A stretch of 64,000 nucleotides of DNA from an uncultured delta proteobacterium (GTDB lineage Bacteria > Desulfobacterota > Binatia > UBA9968). Location: contig CAVSLC010000023.1 of the NCBI GenBank assembly GCA_963728565.1, positions 224,001-288,000 on the forward strand, written 5' to 3'. Shown here piece by piece: positions 55,833 to 64,000 of the stretch (within the stretch, counting starts at the first letter, position 1; each line of letters opens with the position of its first letter). Position numbers and translations under genes: made by a program. The notes beneath the pieces were generated by a model, which saw only the letters and a list, made by a program, of their open reading frames with translations, was not told the origin of the DNA and did not search any database.

Positions 55833-57029
55833 ATGAATCTTGCGATTCGAGACGTAAGATACCGTTTTGGCCGCTTTCTTCTGACCGCCTTCGGCCTTGG
55901 TTTGCTGCTTGCGACCGTCATGGCAATGGGCGGAATTTACCGGGGCATGGTGGAGGACGCCCTCAGCATCGTGCGCGCCCCTGACGCTGATCTGTGGGTG
56001 GTGCAGAAAGACACCAATGGTCCGTTCGCCGAGACCTCAAGGGTGCCCGATGATCTCCATCGCGTGATGCGCGCGGTCCCGGGGGTGCGCGAAGCCAATG
56101 CGATCGCATTTCAGACCATTCAGCTCGACTATGAAAACAAGTCGCTCCGGGTGCAGTTGATTGGCTACCGACCAGGAAATTTAGGGGCGCCCTCAGCGGT
56201 GGCGGCAGGCCGTCCTCTCACAACCCACCGCTATGAGATGGTGTTGGACCGCAAGGCGGGAATCCCCGTCGGTGCACGCCTGCCACTGGGAAGGTCGACC
56301 TTTACCGTGGTCGGCTTAACGGAGGGCATTGTTTCGAGTTCCGGCGATTCGACGGCATATGTATCGCTGCAGGACGCCCAGGAACTGCAGTTTCTCAAGG
56401 GCAACGAGGCGGTGCGCAACGAGCGGGCGCGGCTTGTCGCCGACTTACAATCAAACCCAATACTCACCGGAGTCCCGGCGGCTTCGCTGTTTTCGATAGT
56501 GCAGAACACCAATTTGGCCAACGCCATACTCGTGCGGATCGAGCCTTGGGCTAATGCTGAGGAAGTCGCTCGACGAATCGAGCGCTGGAACCATTACCGC
56601 GCGCTGACCACGGCGGAGCAAGAAGATGTATTGGCCAAGAATGTGATCGAACGGGCCCGCCAGCAAATCATGCTTTTTCGCATTATCCTGCTCGCAGTAT
56701 CGACGGTGATCATCGCGTTGATTATCTACACAATGACGATAGAGAAGACGCGCGATATAGCGACATTGAAGATCATTGGCGCTCCGAACATGAAAATCGT
56801 CAGTTTGATTCTACAAGAGTCGGTCGCCCTTGGGGTGCTCGGGTATGGATTCGGCGCGGCGCTCATCAATCTGGTCTATGAGTATTTTCCGCGCCGGGTT
56901 GCGATTCTTGCCTTTGATCAGGGCGTCCTGTTCGGCATCGTTTTGGCGATCTGTGTCATCGCAAGTATTCTCGGGATAAGACGCGCTCTTGGCATTGATC
57001 CGACCACCGCGATGGGAGGGGGCGCGTAA
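55833..57029 (+). CDS. ABC transporter permease (MacB/FtsX type)
   Basis: ADLWV and [14 protein letters not shown]; four-TM layout. Confidence 0.9.
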   Translation: MNLAIRDVRYRFGRFLLTAFGLGLLLATVMAMGGIYRGMVEDALSIVRAPDADLWVVQKDTNGPFAETSRVPDDLHRVMRAVPGVREANAIAFQTIQLDYENKSLRVQLIGYRPGNLGAPSAVAAGRPLTTHRYEMVLDRKAGIPVGARLPLGRSTFTVVGLTEGIVSSSGDSTAYVSLQDAQELQFLKGNEAVRNERARLVADLQSNPILTGVPAASLFSIVQNTNLANAILVRIEPWANAEEVARRIERWNHYRALTTAEQEDVLAKNVIERARQQIMLFRIILLAVSTVIIALIIYTMTIEKTRDIATLKIIGAPNMKIVSLILQESVALGVLGYGFGAALINLVYEYFPRRVAILAFDQGVLFGIVLAICVIASILGIRRALGIDPTTAMGGGA

Positions 57030-57754
57030 TGGCCGTGTTGGTAGCGGAGCAGATCGTTAAAATCTTCGGTCAGGGCGAGGGCCAAGTCGCCGCTTTGAAG
57101 GACGCCTACGTTTCCATCGAGGCGGGAGAGATGGTTGGCTTGATGGGGCCGAGTGGTTCGGGCAAGACGACGCTTCTGCGGGCTCTCTCATTAATCGATC
57201 CGCCGACCAGCGGTCAGATCACCATCGGTAATGAGCTGGTGTTTCAAGGCTCCCGAGTGCTGACGGATGATAGGCAGCTACGCCGCAGGCGCATGGGAAT
57301 CATCTTCCAGGCCTACAATCTCATTCCGTTTCTAACCTCAGTGGAAAACGTCGCGCTTGTGCTGACGCTCAACGGAATTTCGAGAAACGAGGCGTTGGCG
57401 CGCGCGCACAACTTGCTCAACCGCCTCGAACTGGGGCATCGTGCCGACACCTACCCAGCGACGCTTTCAGGCGGGGAGCAACAGCGGGTTGCCGTCGCCC
57501 GAGCTGTCATCAATGAGCCAGTGATGATTCTTGCGGATGAACCGACGGCAGCCCTCGACACCGAACGAGGCAAGGCGGTGATGGATCTGCTCCGGCTGCT
57601 TGGCCGCGTGCAGCGAGCAGCCGTGATCGTTGTGACACACGATGAAAGAATGATCGAAGGCTTTGATCGCATCTATCATATGATTGACGGCCGGATCACG
57701 AACCATCTGAGTTCGGCAGAGCGCCAAGCGACGGCGGATGAAATCCATGCGTGA
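57029..57754 (+). CDS. ABC transporter ATP-binding protein
   Basis: [23 protein letters not shown] and VTHD. Confidence 0.93.
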   Translation: MAVLVAEQIVKIFGQGEGQVAALKDAYVSIEAGEMVGLMGPSGSGKTTLLRALSLIDPPTSGQITIGNELVFQGSRVLTDDRQLRRRRMGIIFQAYNLIPFLTSVENVALVLTLNGISRNEALARAHNLLNRLELGHRADTYPATLSGGEQQRVAVARAVINEPVMILADEPTAALDTERGKAVMDLLRLLGRVQRAAVIVVTHDERMIEGFDRIYHMIDGRITNHLSSAERQATADEIHA

Positions 57755-57880
57755 CTGGTTGTGGTTCATTGCATTTTCTCGCGCTGGGTGTTGCCTCGGC
57801 TGGCGGCGCCCGGTTCAATGGCCCACGTCCACGCGACCGCACGAAAAATAAAGCAAGCTAGCAAAGGGAAAGTGAAATGA
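57747..57880 (+). pseudogene. Degenerate paralog of the 54054 microprotein (about 20-nt deletion; TGA replaced by TCA)
   Basis: ATGCGTGACTGGTTGTGGTTC...GCGCTGGGTGTTGCCT...GGTTCAATGGCC aligns with ATGCCTGACTGGTTGTGGTTC...GCGCTGGGTGCTGCCT...ACTTGAATGGCC. Confidence 0.7.
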
Positions 57881-58058
57881 AAAGTTCGCCTCAAAATCAT
57901 CAGAGCCAATCATACAGAGTCTAATGATGATTACGTGATCCGCGCCGCGAGAGGAAGGATTGAATCGTTCACTTCTTAATCTTGACAAACGGACGGAATC
58001 TTTTTTGTGTTCCTGACAATCTCGCCGTGGCCATCATTTATTAAGCAAGCGTTTCCAC

Positions 58059-58073
58059 TGGCATATCTGTTGC
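58059..58073 (+). promoter_or_regulatory. Sigma-54 -24/-12 promoter
   Basis: TGGCATATCTGTTGC upstream of MITE copy 3 and the YeeE operon. Confidence 0.75.
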
Positions 58074-58091
58074 TCCAAGGCCTTAGTTAAT

Positions 58092-58330
58092 GCCGGATTC
58101 CGCAGTCGAACTAAAGATGCCGCAAGCGAGGTGGAATCCTGGAGCAGCGAAGGCGTCCGACTGTGAAGTTTCAAAGTGTTTTTGCGCTCTCGCAGGTCGT
58201 TGCTATGAGGCTTAAACATCCCGCTTGAAGCACCGCTGAGCGATCTCTGCTCAGAGGTAGAAACCCATCGACTTCGCTGCGGAAGGATTGTGCCTCGCGC
58301 TTTCTGTCAATCGCAACTGCGGAATCCGGG
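58092..58330. mobile_element. MITE copy 3
   Basis: GCCGGATTCCGCAGT ... ACTGCGGAATCCGGG ends; flanks TTAAT / TTGAT (one mismatch). Confidence 0.82.
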
Positions 58331-58353
58331 TTGATTCGAAAGGAGGAGAACAA

Positions 58354-58818
58354 ATGAAAAGGACAGGTTGGATCATAATGATCACAGTATTCGCGGTGAT
58401 CTTCAGTGTGGCGAATTCTTTCGCGCAGCAAGGACCCGGAACCATGTGGCGCGGCAGCGGCGGATGGGGGCAAGGAAGCCAGTACAACAAGATGTACGAT
58501 CCGAAGGCGGTGGAAACGATTAGCGGGGAAGTAACCAACGTGGATCGTATTACGCCGGCCAAAGGGATGAGCGGTGGACTTCACATGAGTGTGAAGACCG
58601 ACAAGGAGACGATCTCCGTTCATCTGGGTCCGAGCTGGTATCTTGAAAACCAGGACGTCAAGATCGAAGCGAAAGACAAAGTCGAAGTGAAGGGCGCGAG
58701 GACCACTTTTGCAGGCAAACCGGCGATCATCGCGGCGGAAGTGAAGAAGGGCGATGAAGTTTTGAAATTGCGTGACGACAACGGCTTTCCTGTGTGGAGC
58801 GGTTGGCGCAGGCATTAG
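58354..58818 (+). CDS. Secreted/periplasmic OB-fold-like protein
   Basis: AGGAGG RBS, signal peptide, Gly/Met-rich linker, YDP..VETI.GEV, VHLGPSWYL and LRDDNG.PVW. Confidence 0.75.
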   Translation: MKRTGWIIMITVFAVIFSVANSFAQQGPGTMWRGSGGWGQGSQYNKMYDPKAVETISGEVTNVDRITPAKGMSGGLHMSVKTDKETISVHLGPSWYLENQDVKIEAKDKVEVKGARTTFAGKPAIIAAEVKKGDEVLKLRDDNGFPVWSGWRRH

Positions 58819-58917
58819 TTTCGACGCAACCCTTGATTCGCACGGTTTTGGTCGGCGGCTGTTTGGAACGGAAAAGCTCTCCCACCGCCGGTTCGCTGAC
58901 ACTGGGAGGAAACAGCT

Positions 58918-59439
58918 ATGGATTGGCTACGTAGAGAAGAGTGGCCCTGGTGGCAGGCGGGTTTATTACTCGGCCTGCTAAACATGGCGGCATTTTTCAC
59001 GGCGGACTATTACCTGTCGGTTTCGACGACTTTCTCGCGCGCCGCGGCAATGGTGGTTGGACTGGTCGCACCGGAGCATGTGGCGGCAAACGCATACTGG
59101 CAGAAGGTTAAGCCGATAGTCGATTGGCAATTCATGCTTGTTCTGGGAATTCCACTCGGCGCCTATCTGGCCGCGCGACTGAGTCAAAAACCCGTCGAGT
59201 TCACCGGATCGCTTCCCGATATGTGGGTCAGCCGATTCGGTACGAGCAATGCGCAGCGTTGGGTTGTCGGTATATTGGGCGGTATTTTCGTCGGTTTCGG
59301 TGCGCGCCTGGCCGATGGCTGAACCAGCGGCCACGCTCTCAGTGGAGGGCTTCAAATGGCCGTGAGCAGTTGGATCTTTCTGATCGCGATGATGATCTCG
59401 GGCACGATCATGGCGCGGCTAATTTTCCGGAGGGTGTAG
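58918..59439 (+). CDS. YeeE/YedE-family half transporter A, candidate selenoprotein (173 aa, U135)
   Basis: Reading through TGA 59320-59322 gives FGARLADG-U-TSGHALSGGLQMAVSSWIFLIAMMISGTIMARLIFRRV*, restoring the GCTSGH motif and the last TM helix. Confidence 0.88.
59329..59361 (+). promoter_or_regulatory. SECIS-like hairpin A
   Basis: GGCCA..GCUCUC-[AGUG]-GAGGGC..UGGCC; loop 18 nt after the UGA. Confidence 0.65.
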
Positions 59440-59441
59440 CT

Positions 59442-60029
59442 ATGGGTCCATTAGAAATTACCGGTCCAGCGCGTCTTGCGCTCGGACTCGCAACCGGAAT
59501 TCTCTTCGGTTTCATTTTACAAAAGGCACAGGTCACCCAGTATCAAAAGATCGTGTCTTTCTTTCGTTGGAGCGACCTGACTGTCCAGAAAGTCATGTTC
59601 GCGGCGATACTCGTCGGTATGGTCGGGGTGTATGCGCTGCATGATCTTGGTTTGGTCAATCTTCACATCAAGCCGACCTTGCTTGGCGCCAATATCCTTG
59701 GCGGCCTGATTTTCGGCATCGGCATGTTGCTCTTGGGCTTTTGACCCGGCACCTGTGCTGCGGCCTTCGGCGAAGGCCGTTTAGATGGTTTGTTTCGCGG
59801 CGTTCTGGGCATTTTGATCGGCGCGGGTATTTACTCGGAAATCTATCCGTTGATTCAGGATAATCTTCTTAAGCTCGGCGATTTCGGTAAATTGACCATT
59901 CCAACCGTCCTAGGGGTCAATCCATGGTTCGTGATCATACCGTTTACGATCATCGTCAGCGGAATTCTCCTGTGGATGGACCAGATTGATAAGCGAAAGA
60001 CGAGTAACGCAAGAGAGTTAACACGATAA
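59442..60029 (+). CDS. YeeE/YedE-family half transporter B, candidate selenoprotein (195 aa, U101)
   Basis: GGAGG RBS; FGFILQK..; GGLIFGIGMLLLGF-TGA(59742)-PGTCAAAFGEGRLD continues in frame into ORF 59790..60029, restoring the G(Y/F)CPGT motif. Confidence 0.88.
59760..59780 (+). promoter_or_regulatory. SECIS-like hairpin B
   Basis: GCGGCCUUC-[GGC]-GAAGGCCGU, 9-bp stem, loop 24 nt after the UGA. Confidence 0.7.
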
Positions 60030-60361
60030 CGTGATCTACAGGCGGGCGTAAATAATCATGAGGGGGAAAAGATGCAACAGAAAAAGGTACTCATAACCAT
60101 GTTGGCGGGCGCGCTACTTGTTTCAGCCAATCCGCTCTCTAGCGGCTGAGCAAGATCTGTAATAAATTTGATTTTTTGGAACAGTTTAGCATCAAGAGTT
60201 CTAACTTATGGGTAAATGGTTCTGTTTTTGAACAGGAAGGATAATGTTGTTGTGAATTATAGAGTGGAAGATAGATGGTTGGTCAGAGAATAGACAGATT
60301 CGCTGCAGAGTCTCGCTTTTACAGTTGGTCGATGGCATACGTGGATATCGGCAAAGGATCT

Positions 60362-60480
60362 GTGAAAACTCTCGTTCTGCTACGACACGGCGAAAGTACC
60401 TGGAACAAAGAAAACCGCTTCACAGGCTGGGTCGATGTGGGCCTAACAGATGGAGGAATCCGAAGTCGCCCGTGCCACGC
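60362..60480 (+). pseudogene. gpmA: N-terminal remnant of 2,3-BPG-dependent phosphoglycerate mutase
   Basis: [29 protein letters not shown], then similarity is lost. Confidence 0.8.
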
Positions 60481-60509
60481 GCCTTGCGGTGACCATAGAT
60501 GGAGGCGGC

Positions 60510-60632
60510 ATGAAAAATAAAAGAATCGAAACGTTCGACGATTGGAAAGATGTCTTTCACATGTGGCAAAAAGATATCAACTACGACACCGCGCTCTTTG
60601 ATTCCGTTCTGCAGGGCTATGACTTCACCGCG
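60510..60632 (+). pseudogene. N-terminal remnant, possibly of a BoxB-like benzoyl-CoA epoxidase subunit
   Basis: GGAGG RBS; [25 protein letters not shown]; family assignment is from recollection only. Confidence 0.4.
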
Positions 60633-61135
60633 ACTTGTAGAGCAACGCTCTGCCTTTGTCCCAGCCGCCGTGAATGAGCATGCCAAAGTCGCCCAGCTCC
60701 TACGGCACTTCATGGGCCGCGGCGGGATCCAGGTGCTGATGCCGACCCGCACGTCGATGAGAAAAGCTCCGGCCATAGCCAGACCGCCGATGAAATTGTG
60801 CACGCCGTCGGCGATCAAAATTAAATACGTCAAGGGCCGGTGCTCGCTCGGCGGCGGTGGCAGTGATGCCAGTGGAGAAACTGTTCGAGCGCCAGAAACA
60901 GGGTGAAACCGAGCAGCGTCCACAGATAAACGGAAAGTCGGTTGCCGCTTTTCTCGATGGCGGCGGGTATCATGTGCAGCAACGCGCCGCCGAGCAGCGT
61001 GCCGGCGGCCAGGGCGACCAGCGGCAACAGTCATTTCTTGAGCGTTGCTTCGCTGAAAAAAAGCGTGAGGCTGCCGACAAGCGCGATCGCGCTCATCAGA
61101 ATCCCGCTGGAAACAATCCAAAGAAATGTAGTCAC
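60633..61135 (-). pseudogene. ZIP-family metal transporter pseudogene
   Basis: AAGTLLGGALLHMIP, LEQFLHWHHCH, ADGVHNFIGG and HEVP*ELGDF; internal TGA and TAG, frameshifts, 3' truncated. Confidence 0.85.
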
Positions 61136-61397
61136 GGTGTTGTTTCCAGGCGCAACCACTGCCAAGCGCCGAGCTGCGCGTCCGCGCAACGAGCACAGCT
61201 CGAACGCAATCCTTCTCGAGTTTCCTGCCTGGTCAGCGCAACGCCGGTCGAGATCGTACCGCCAGTCAAGCGCGCAGCCCACGCGGCGCCGACGGTCTCT
61301 CATTCGACGCGGCTTCCACGCCAAGGCAAAGATCGGGTCCAGCTACGGCGCCAGCTCCAAGAGCAGACCCTTGGGCGGCTTTTCTTCGCCGCTGCGG

Positions 61398-63083
61398 CTA
61401 TCCGCCGGAGCCGACGAGCCGGAATCTTGCGCCCACGAGCGTCGCCACGATCACCAGGCTGGTGGAGACAAGGATCATCATGATGCCGAGGGCCGAGAGT
61501 CTTCCCCACAGGCCGTCTTCGGCGAAGCGCAGGATTTGAACCGCGAGAACTTCCGTGCCCGGCCGAGAGAGGACGACCGAGAGCGTCAGCTCGCGCACGA
61601 ACATCGTCGCCATGAGAATCCAGGCCGAGACGATGCCCGGAACGAGAAGGGGAATCATGATGCGGCGCATGGTCAGCAGCGGACTCGCCCCGCAGACGCG
61701 CGACGACTCCTCGAGATGCGCGTGGATCTGCACGAAGGCACTCGACAGCGGCCGGATGCCGTATGGCATGTAGATGGCGATGTAGCCGATCAGCAGGGCC
61801 CACAGGGTGGCGTACAGCGGCGTCTGAACGAAGAACCACATGAAGCCTATGCCGATGACGATGCCCGGAAACGAAAACGACAGATAGCTCAGGGACTCGA
61901 GGATGCCGGAAGCCGTGGATCGCACCTTGACGATAACGTAGGCGATGAAAATCGAAAGCAGCACGCCCAGAGTCGCGCCGGCCACTCCCAAAAGGAGGCT
62001 GTTCTTCAGCGACAGCACCGAAATGGGATCTTGCAGAACTTCGATCCAGTGCTTCCAGCTCATCAGGGAGAACGCCCGGGCGCTCGGCACCATGGAGTAG
62101 GGCACGAGCGAGGTGTAGAAGAGGACGGCCACCGGGAGCACGATCAGGATCAGAGAGAGAAGCCCCACGATGACGAAGAGGGGAATTCGCGCACCCTTGA
62201 GCTCCACGACCGCCGGACGAAAACCGCGGCTCGAGATCGTCACGTATCGTTCGCTTTCCGAGGTCAGTGCCCGGTAGACAATGATGAGAATGACCGAGAC
62301 CGCCAGCACGCTCATTCCTACCGCCGCGGCCTTGCCGTAGTCCGGCGCGAAGCCCCTGGCGATCATTTCGTACAGGTAGGTGGCGAGCACATACACGCGT
62401 CCGGGCATGCCGAGCACCGACGGCACGGCGAATGAGGCCAAGCTACGGACCACGCTCAGAATGAAGGCCGCCAGGATGGCGGGGCGCAGCACCGGCAGAG
62501 TCACGCGCCGCAGCGTGCGCCAAGTGCCGGCCCCGAACACTCGGGAAGATTCCTCCAGGGTCACGTCGAAGGAGCCCATGGCAGGCGCGATGATCAAGTA
62601 GGCGATGGGCAGCTCGAGCAGCCCCTCCACCAGGATCATGCCGGGCAAAGAATAAATATTGAACGGCGCGCTCTCGAGAGAAAACGACTGCTTGAGCACA
62701 AGGTTTATGATGCCGTTCGAAGGATTCAGCAGCAGCGCCCAGCTCACGGAAAAAAGCAGATGCGGGATCATCATCGGAATGATCGAGATGATCTGGAACA
62801 GGAACTTGAAAGGTATGTCGGTGCGGTTATTGAGATACGCGAGGAATAATGCCAGCCCGGTCGCGAGCGTTGATGAGCCGAGAACGAAGACGATCGTATT
62901 GGCGATCACCTCGAAAAACGCCGGGTCGGTGTAGGCCTGAATGTACTTGTCCAGGGTGAAGCTCCCGAAAGCGGTCAACCCTTTTGAAAAGCTTCCCAAG
63001 AGCAGCATGACCACCGGGCACAGGGTCAGTGAACCGACGATCAGAATCAGCGAGTAAGTCAGTTTCGATCGCGCCTGGACCAT
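61398..63083 (-). CDS. Fe3+/thiamine-type ABC transporter permease (FbpB-like)
   Basis: Two EAA-type loops (LEESSRVFGA, LEESSRVCGA) in a duplicated multi-TM protein. Confidence 0.9.
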   Translation of the reverse strand: MVQARSKLTYSLILIVGSLTLCPVVMLLLGSFSKGLTAFGSFTLDKYIQAYTDPAFFEVIANTIVFVLGSSTLATGLALFLAYLNNRTDIPFKFLFQIISIIPMMIPHLLFSVSWALLLNPSNGIINLVLKQSFSLESAPFNIYSLPGMILVEGLLELPIAYLIIAPAMGSFDVTLEESSRVFGAGTWRTLRRVTLPVLRPAILAAFILSVVRSLASFAVPSVLGMPGRVYVLATYLYEMIARGFAPDYGKAAAVGMSVLAVSVILIIVYRALTSESERYVTISSRGFRPAVVELKGARIPLFVIVGLLSLILIVLPVAVLFYTSLVPYSMVPSARAFSLMSWKHWIEVLQDPISVLSLKNSLLLGVAGATLGVLLSIFIAYVIVKVRSTASGILESLSYLSFSFPGIVIGIGFMWFFVQTPLYATLWALLIGYIAIYMPYGIRPLSSAFVQIHAHLEESSRVCGASPLLTMRRIMIPLLVPGIVSAWILMATMFVRELTLSVVLSRPGTEVLAVQILRFAEDGLWGRLSALGIMMILVSTSLVIVATLVGARFRLVGSGG

Positions 63084-63098
63084 TCCATTCGGCCTTTA

Positions 63099-64000
63099 TC
63101 AGATGGAAACAAGCAGACAGTGCGCGGGATCCACACCGAAGGTGACGAGGTCGCCTTCTTCGACGGCTGTGTCCGTATCGAACCTCGCGAGCAGGCGCTC
63201 GGTCCCGACCCGGATTTCGGCCTCGTAGGCCTCGCCGATAAAAACCAGCGATTCGACGCGCCCCTCAAGATGGTTCGCGCCGTCCGCCGTCTCGCGCTCG
63301 GCGATGCGCAGGAATTCCGGCCGTATGCACAGCGTGGCCTCGCTTCCGATGGGAAGCTCGCGGACGTGGCACACGATCGTACCCAGGCCGCAATCCACGA
63401 TCGTGCGATCGGCTTCATGGGCGCGCACCTTTGCCTTGACCAGATTGGCGCGGCCGATGAAGTCGGCGACGAATCGGGTGTCGGCATCGAAATAGATCTT
63501 CTTCGGAGAGCCCATTTCGACGATCTGCCCCGTGCGCATCACCGCGACCACATCCGAGAGCACCAGCGCCTCGATTCGATCGTGGGTCACGTAGACAGCG
63601 GTGATCTTCAACTCGCGCAGGAAACCTCTCAGCTCCTTGCGGGTCTCCTCGCGGAGCTTCGCGTCGAGATTGCTTAAGGGCTCGTCGAATAGGATGACTT
63701 TGGGCTCGGCCACCAGGGCCCGCGCCAGCGCCACCCGTTGCTGCTGGCCCCCGGAGAGCTTGGTTGCCGGACGCCTCTCGAATCCTTCGAGGCGCACGAA
63801 GTGCAATGTCTTCTCGACCATTCGACGGATCACATCGCGCGGAAGCTTACGGACCTCAAGGGGATAAGCCACGTTATCGAAGACGTTCATGTGCGGCCAG
63901 ATGGCATAGGTCTGGAACACCATCGCGAGTCCCCGCTCCTCTGTCGCAATGGAGATGTTCTTCTCCTTCGACCAGACCAGCTCGCCGCCGATCCGGATCT
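63099..64000 (-). CDS. ABC transporter ATP-binding protein (PotA/FbpC-like); 5' end beyond the window
   Basis: MVFQTYAIWPHM, LSGGQQQRVALARAL, DEPLSNLD and a TOBE-like C-terminus. Confidence 0.92.
   Translation of the reverse strand, partial: IRIGGELVWSKEKNISIATEERGLAMVFQTYAIWPHMNVFDNVAYPLEVRKLPRDVIRRMVEKTLHFVRLEGFERRPATKLSGGQQQRVALARALVAEPKVILFDEPLSNLDAKLREETRKELRGFLRELKITAVYVTHDRIEALVLSDVVAVMRTGQIVEMGSPKKIYFDADTRFVADFIGRANLVKAKVRAHEADRTIVDCGLGTIVCHVRELPIGSEATLCIRPEFLRIAERETADGANHLEGRVESLVFIGEAYEAEIRVGTERLLARFDTDTAVEEGDLVTFGVDPAHCLLVSI

Noticed and set aside
60072-60149. Signal-peptide ORF ending in TGA downstream of the YeeE pair as a fourth selenoprotein
   Set aside because: No hairpin follows and the downstream sequence is AT-rich and non-coding-like; more likely a truncated gene.
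61031-61033. In-frame TGA in the ZIP transporter as Sec
   Set aside because: Not a Cys position, and the gene also has a TAG and frameshifts, so it is a pseudogene.
60942-62435. Long plus-strand ORF (497 aa) and similar antisense ORFs
   Set aside because: Shadow frames of well-supported opposite-strand genes in GC-rich DNA, with no motifs.

Overview
A gene-dense bacterial window. The gene style suggests a Deltaproteobacteria/Binatota-like organism, but that is an unverified inference. Most of it (1 to ~60 kb) is a hypoxia/dormancy-type stress island. It carries USP and CBS proteins, Hsp20, BON, archease-RtcB-Prs, CapA, ppsA, gap, acsA-pdhABC-ACP, nrfHA with an FNT channel, ftsH, glgP, two P-type ATPases, a CDF transporter and an ABC exporter. 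Seventeen sigma-54 (-24/-12) motifs precede almost every transcription unit. The most striking feature is UGA recoding that the ORF track misses. Two tandem YeeE/YedE half-transporter genes (58918-59439 and 59442-60029) each have an in-frame TGA exactly at the family's conserved Cys (GCTSGH and GYCPGT motifs), followed by a SECIS-like hairpin. A 50-codon membrane microprotein (54054-54206) has the same TGA-plus-hairpin layout. These are three candidate selenoproteins. Other notable items are three copies of a ~230-bp MITE with terminal inverted repeats (one with a perfect 5-bp target duplication), a PTS-EIIA domain fused to a Na/K-like P-type ATPase, and a CxxCH-type NrfA. Several genes are frameshifted (assembly error or real decay) and 60.0-61.4 kb is a patchwork of gene remnants. 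All calls come from reading motifs by eye; no database searches were run.
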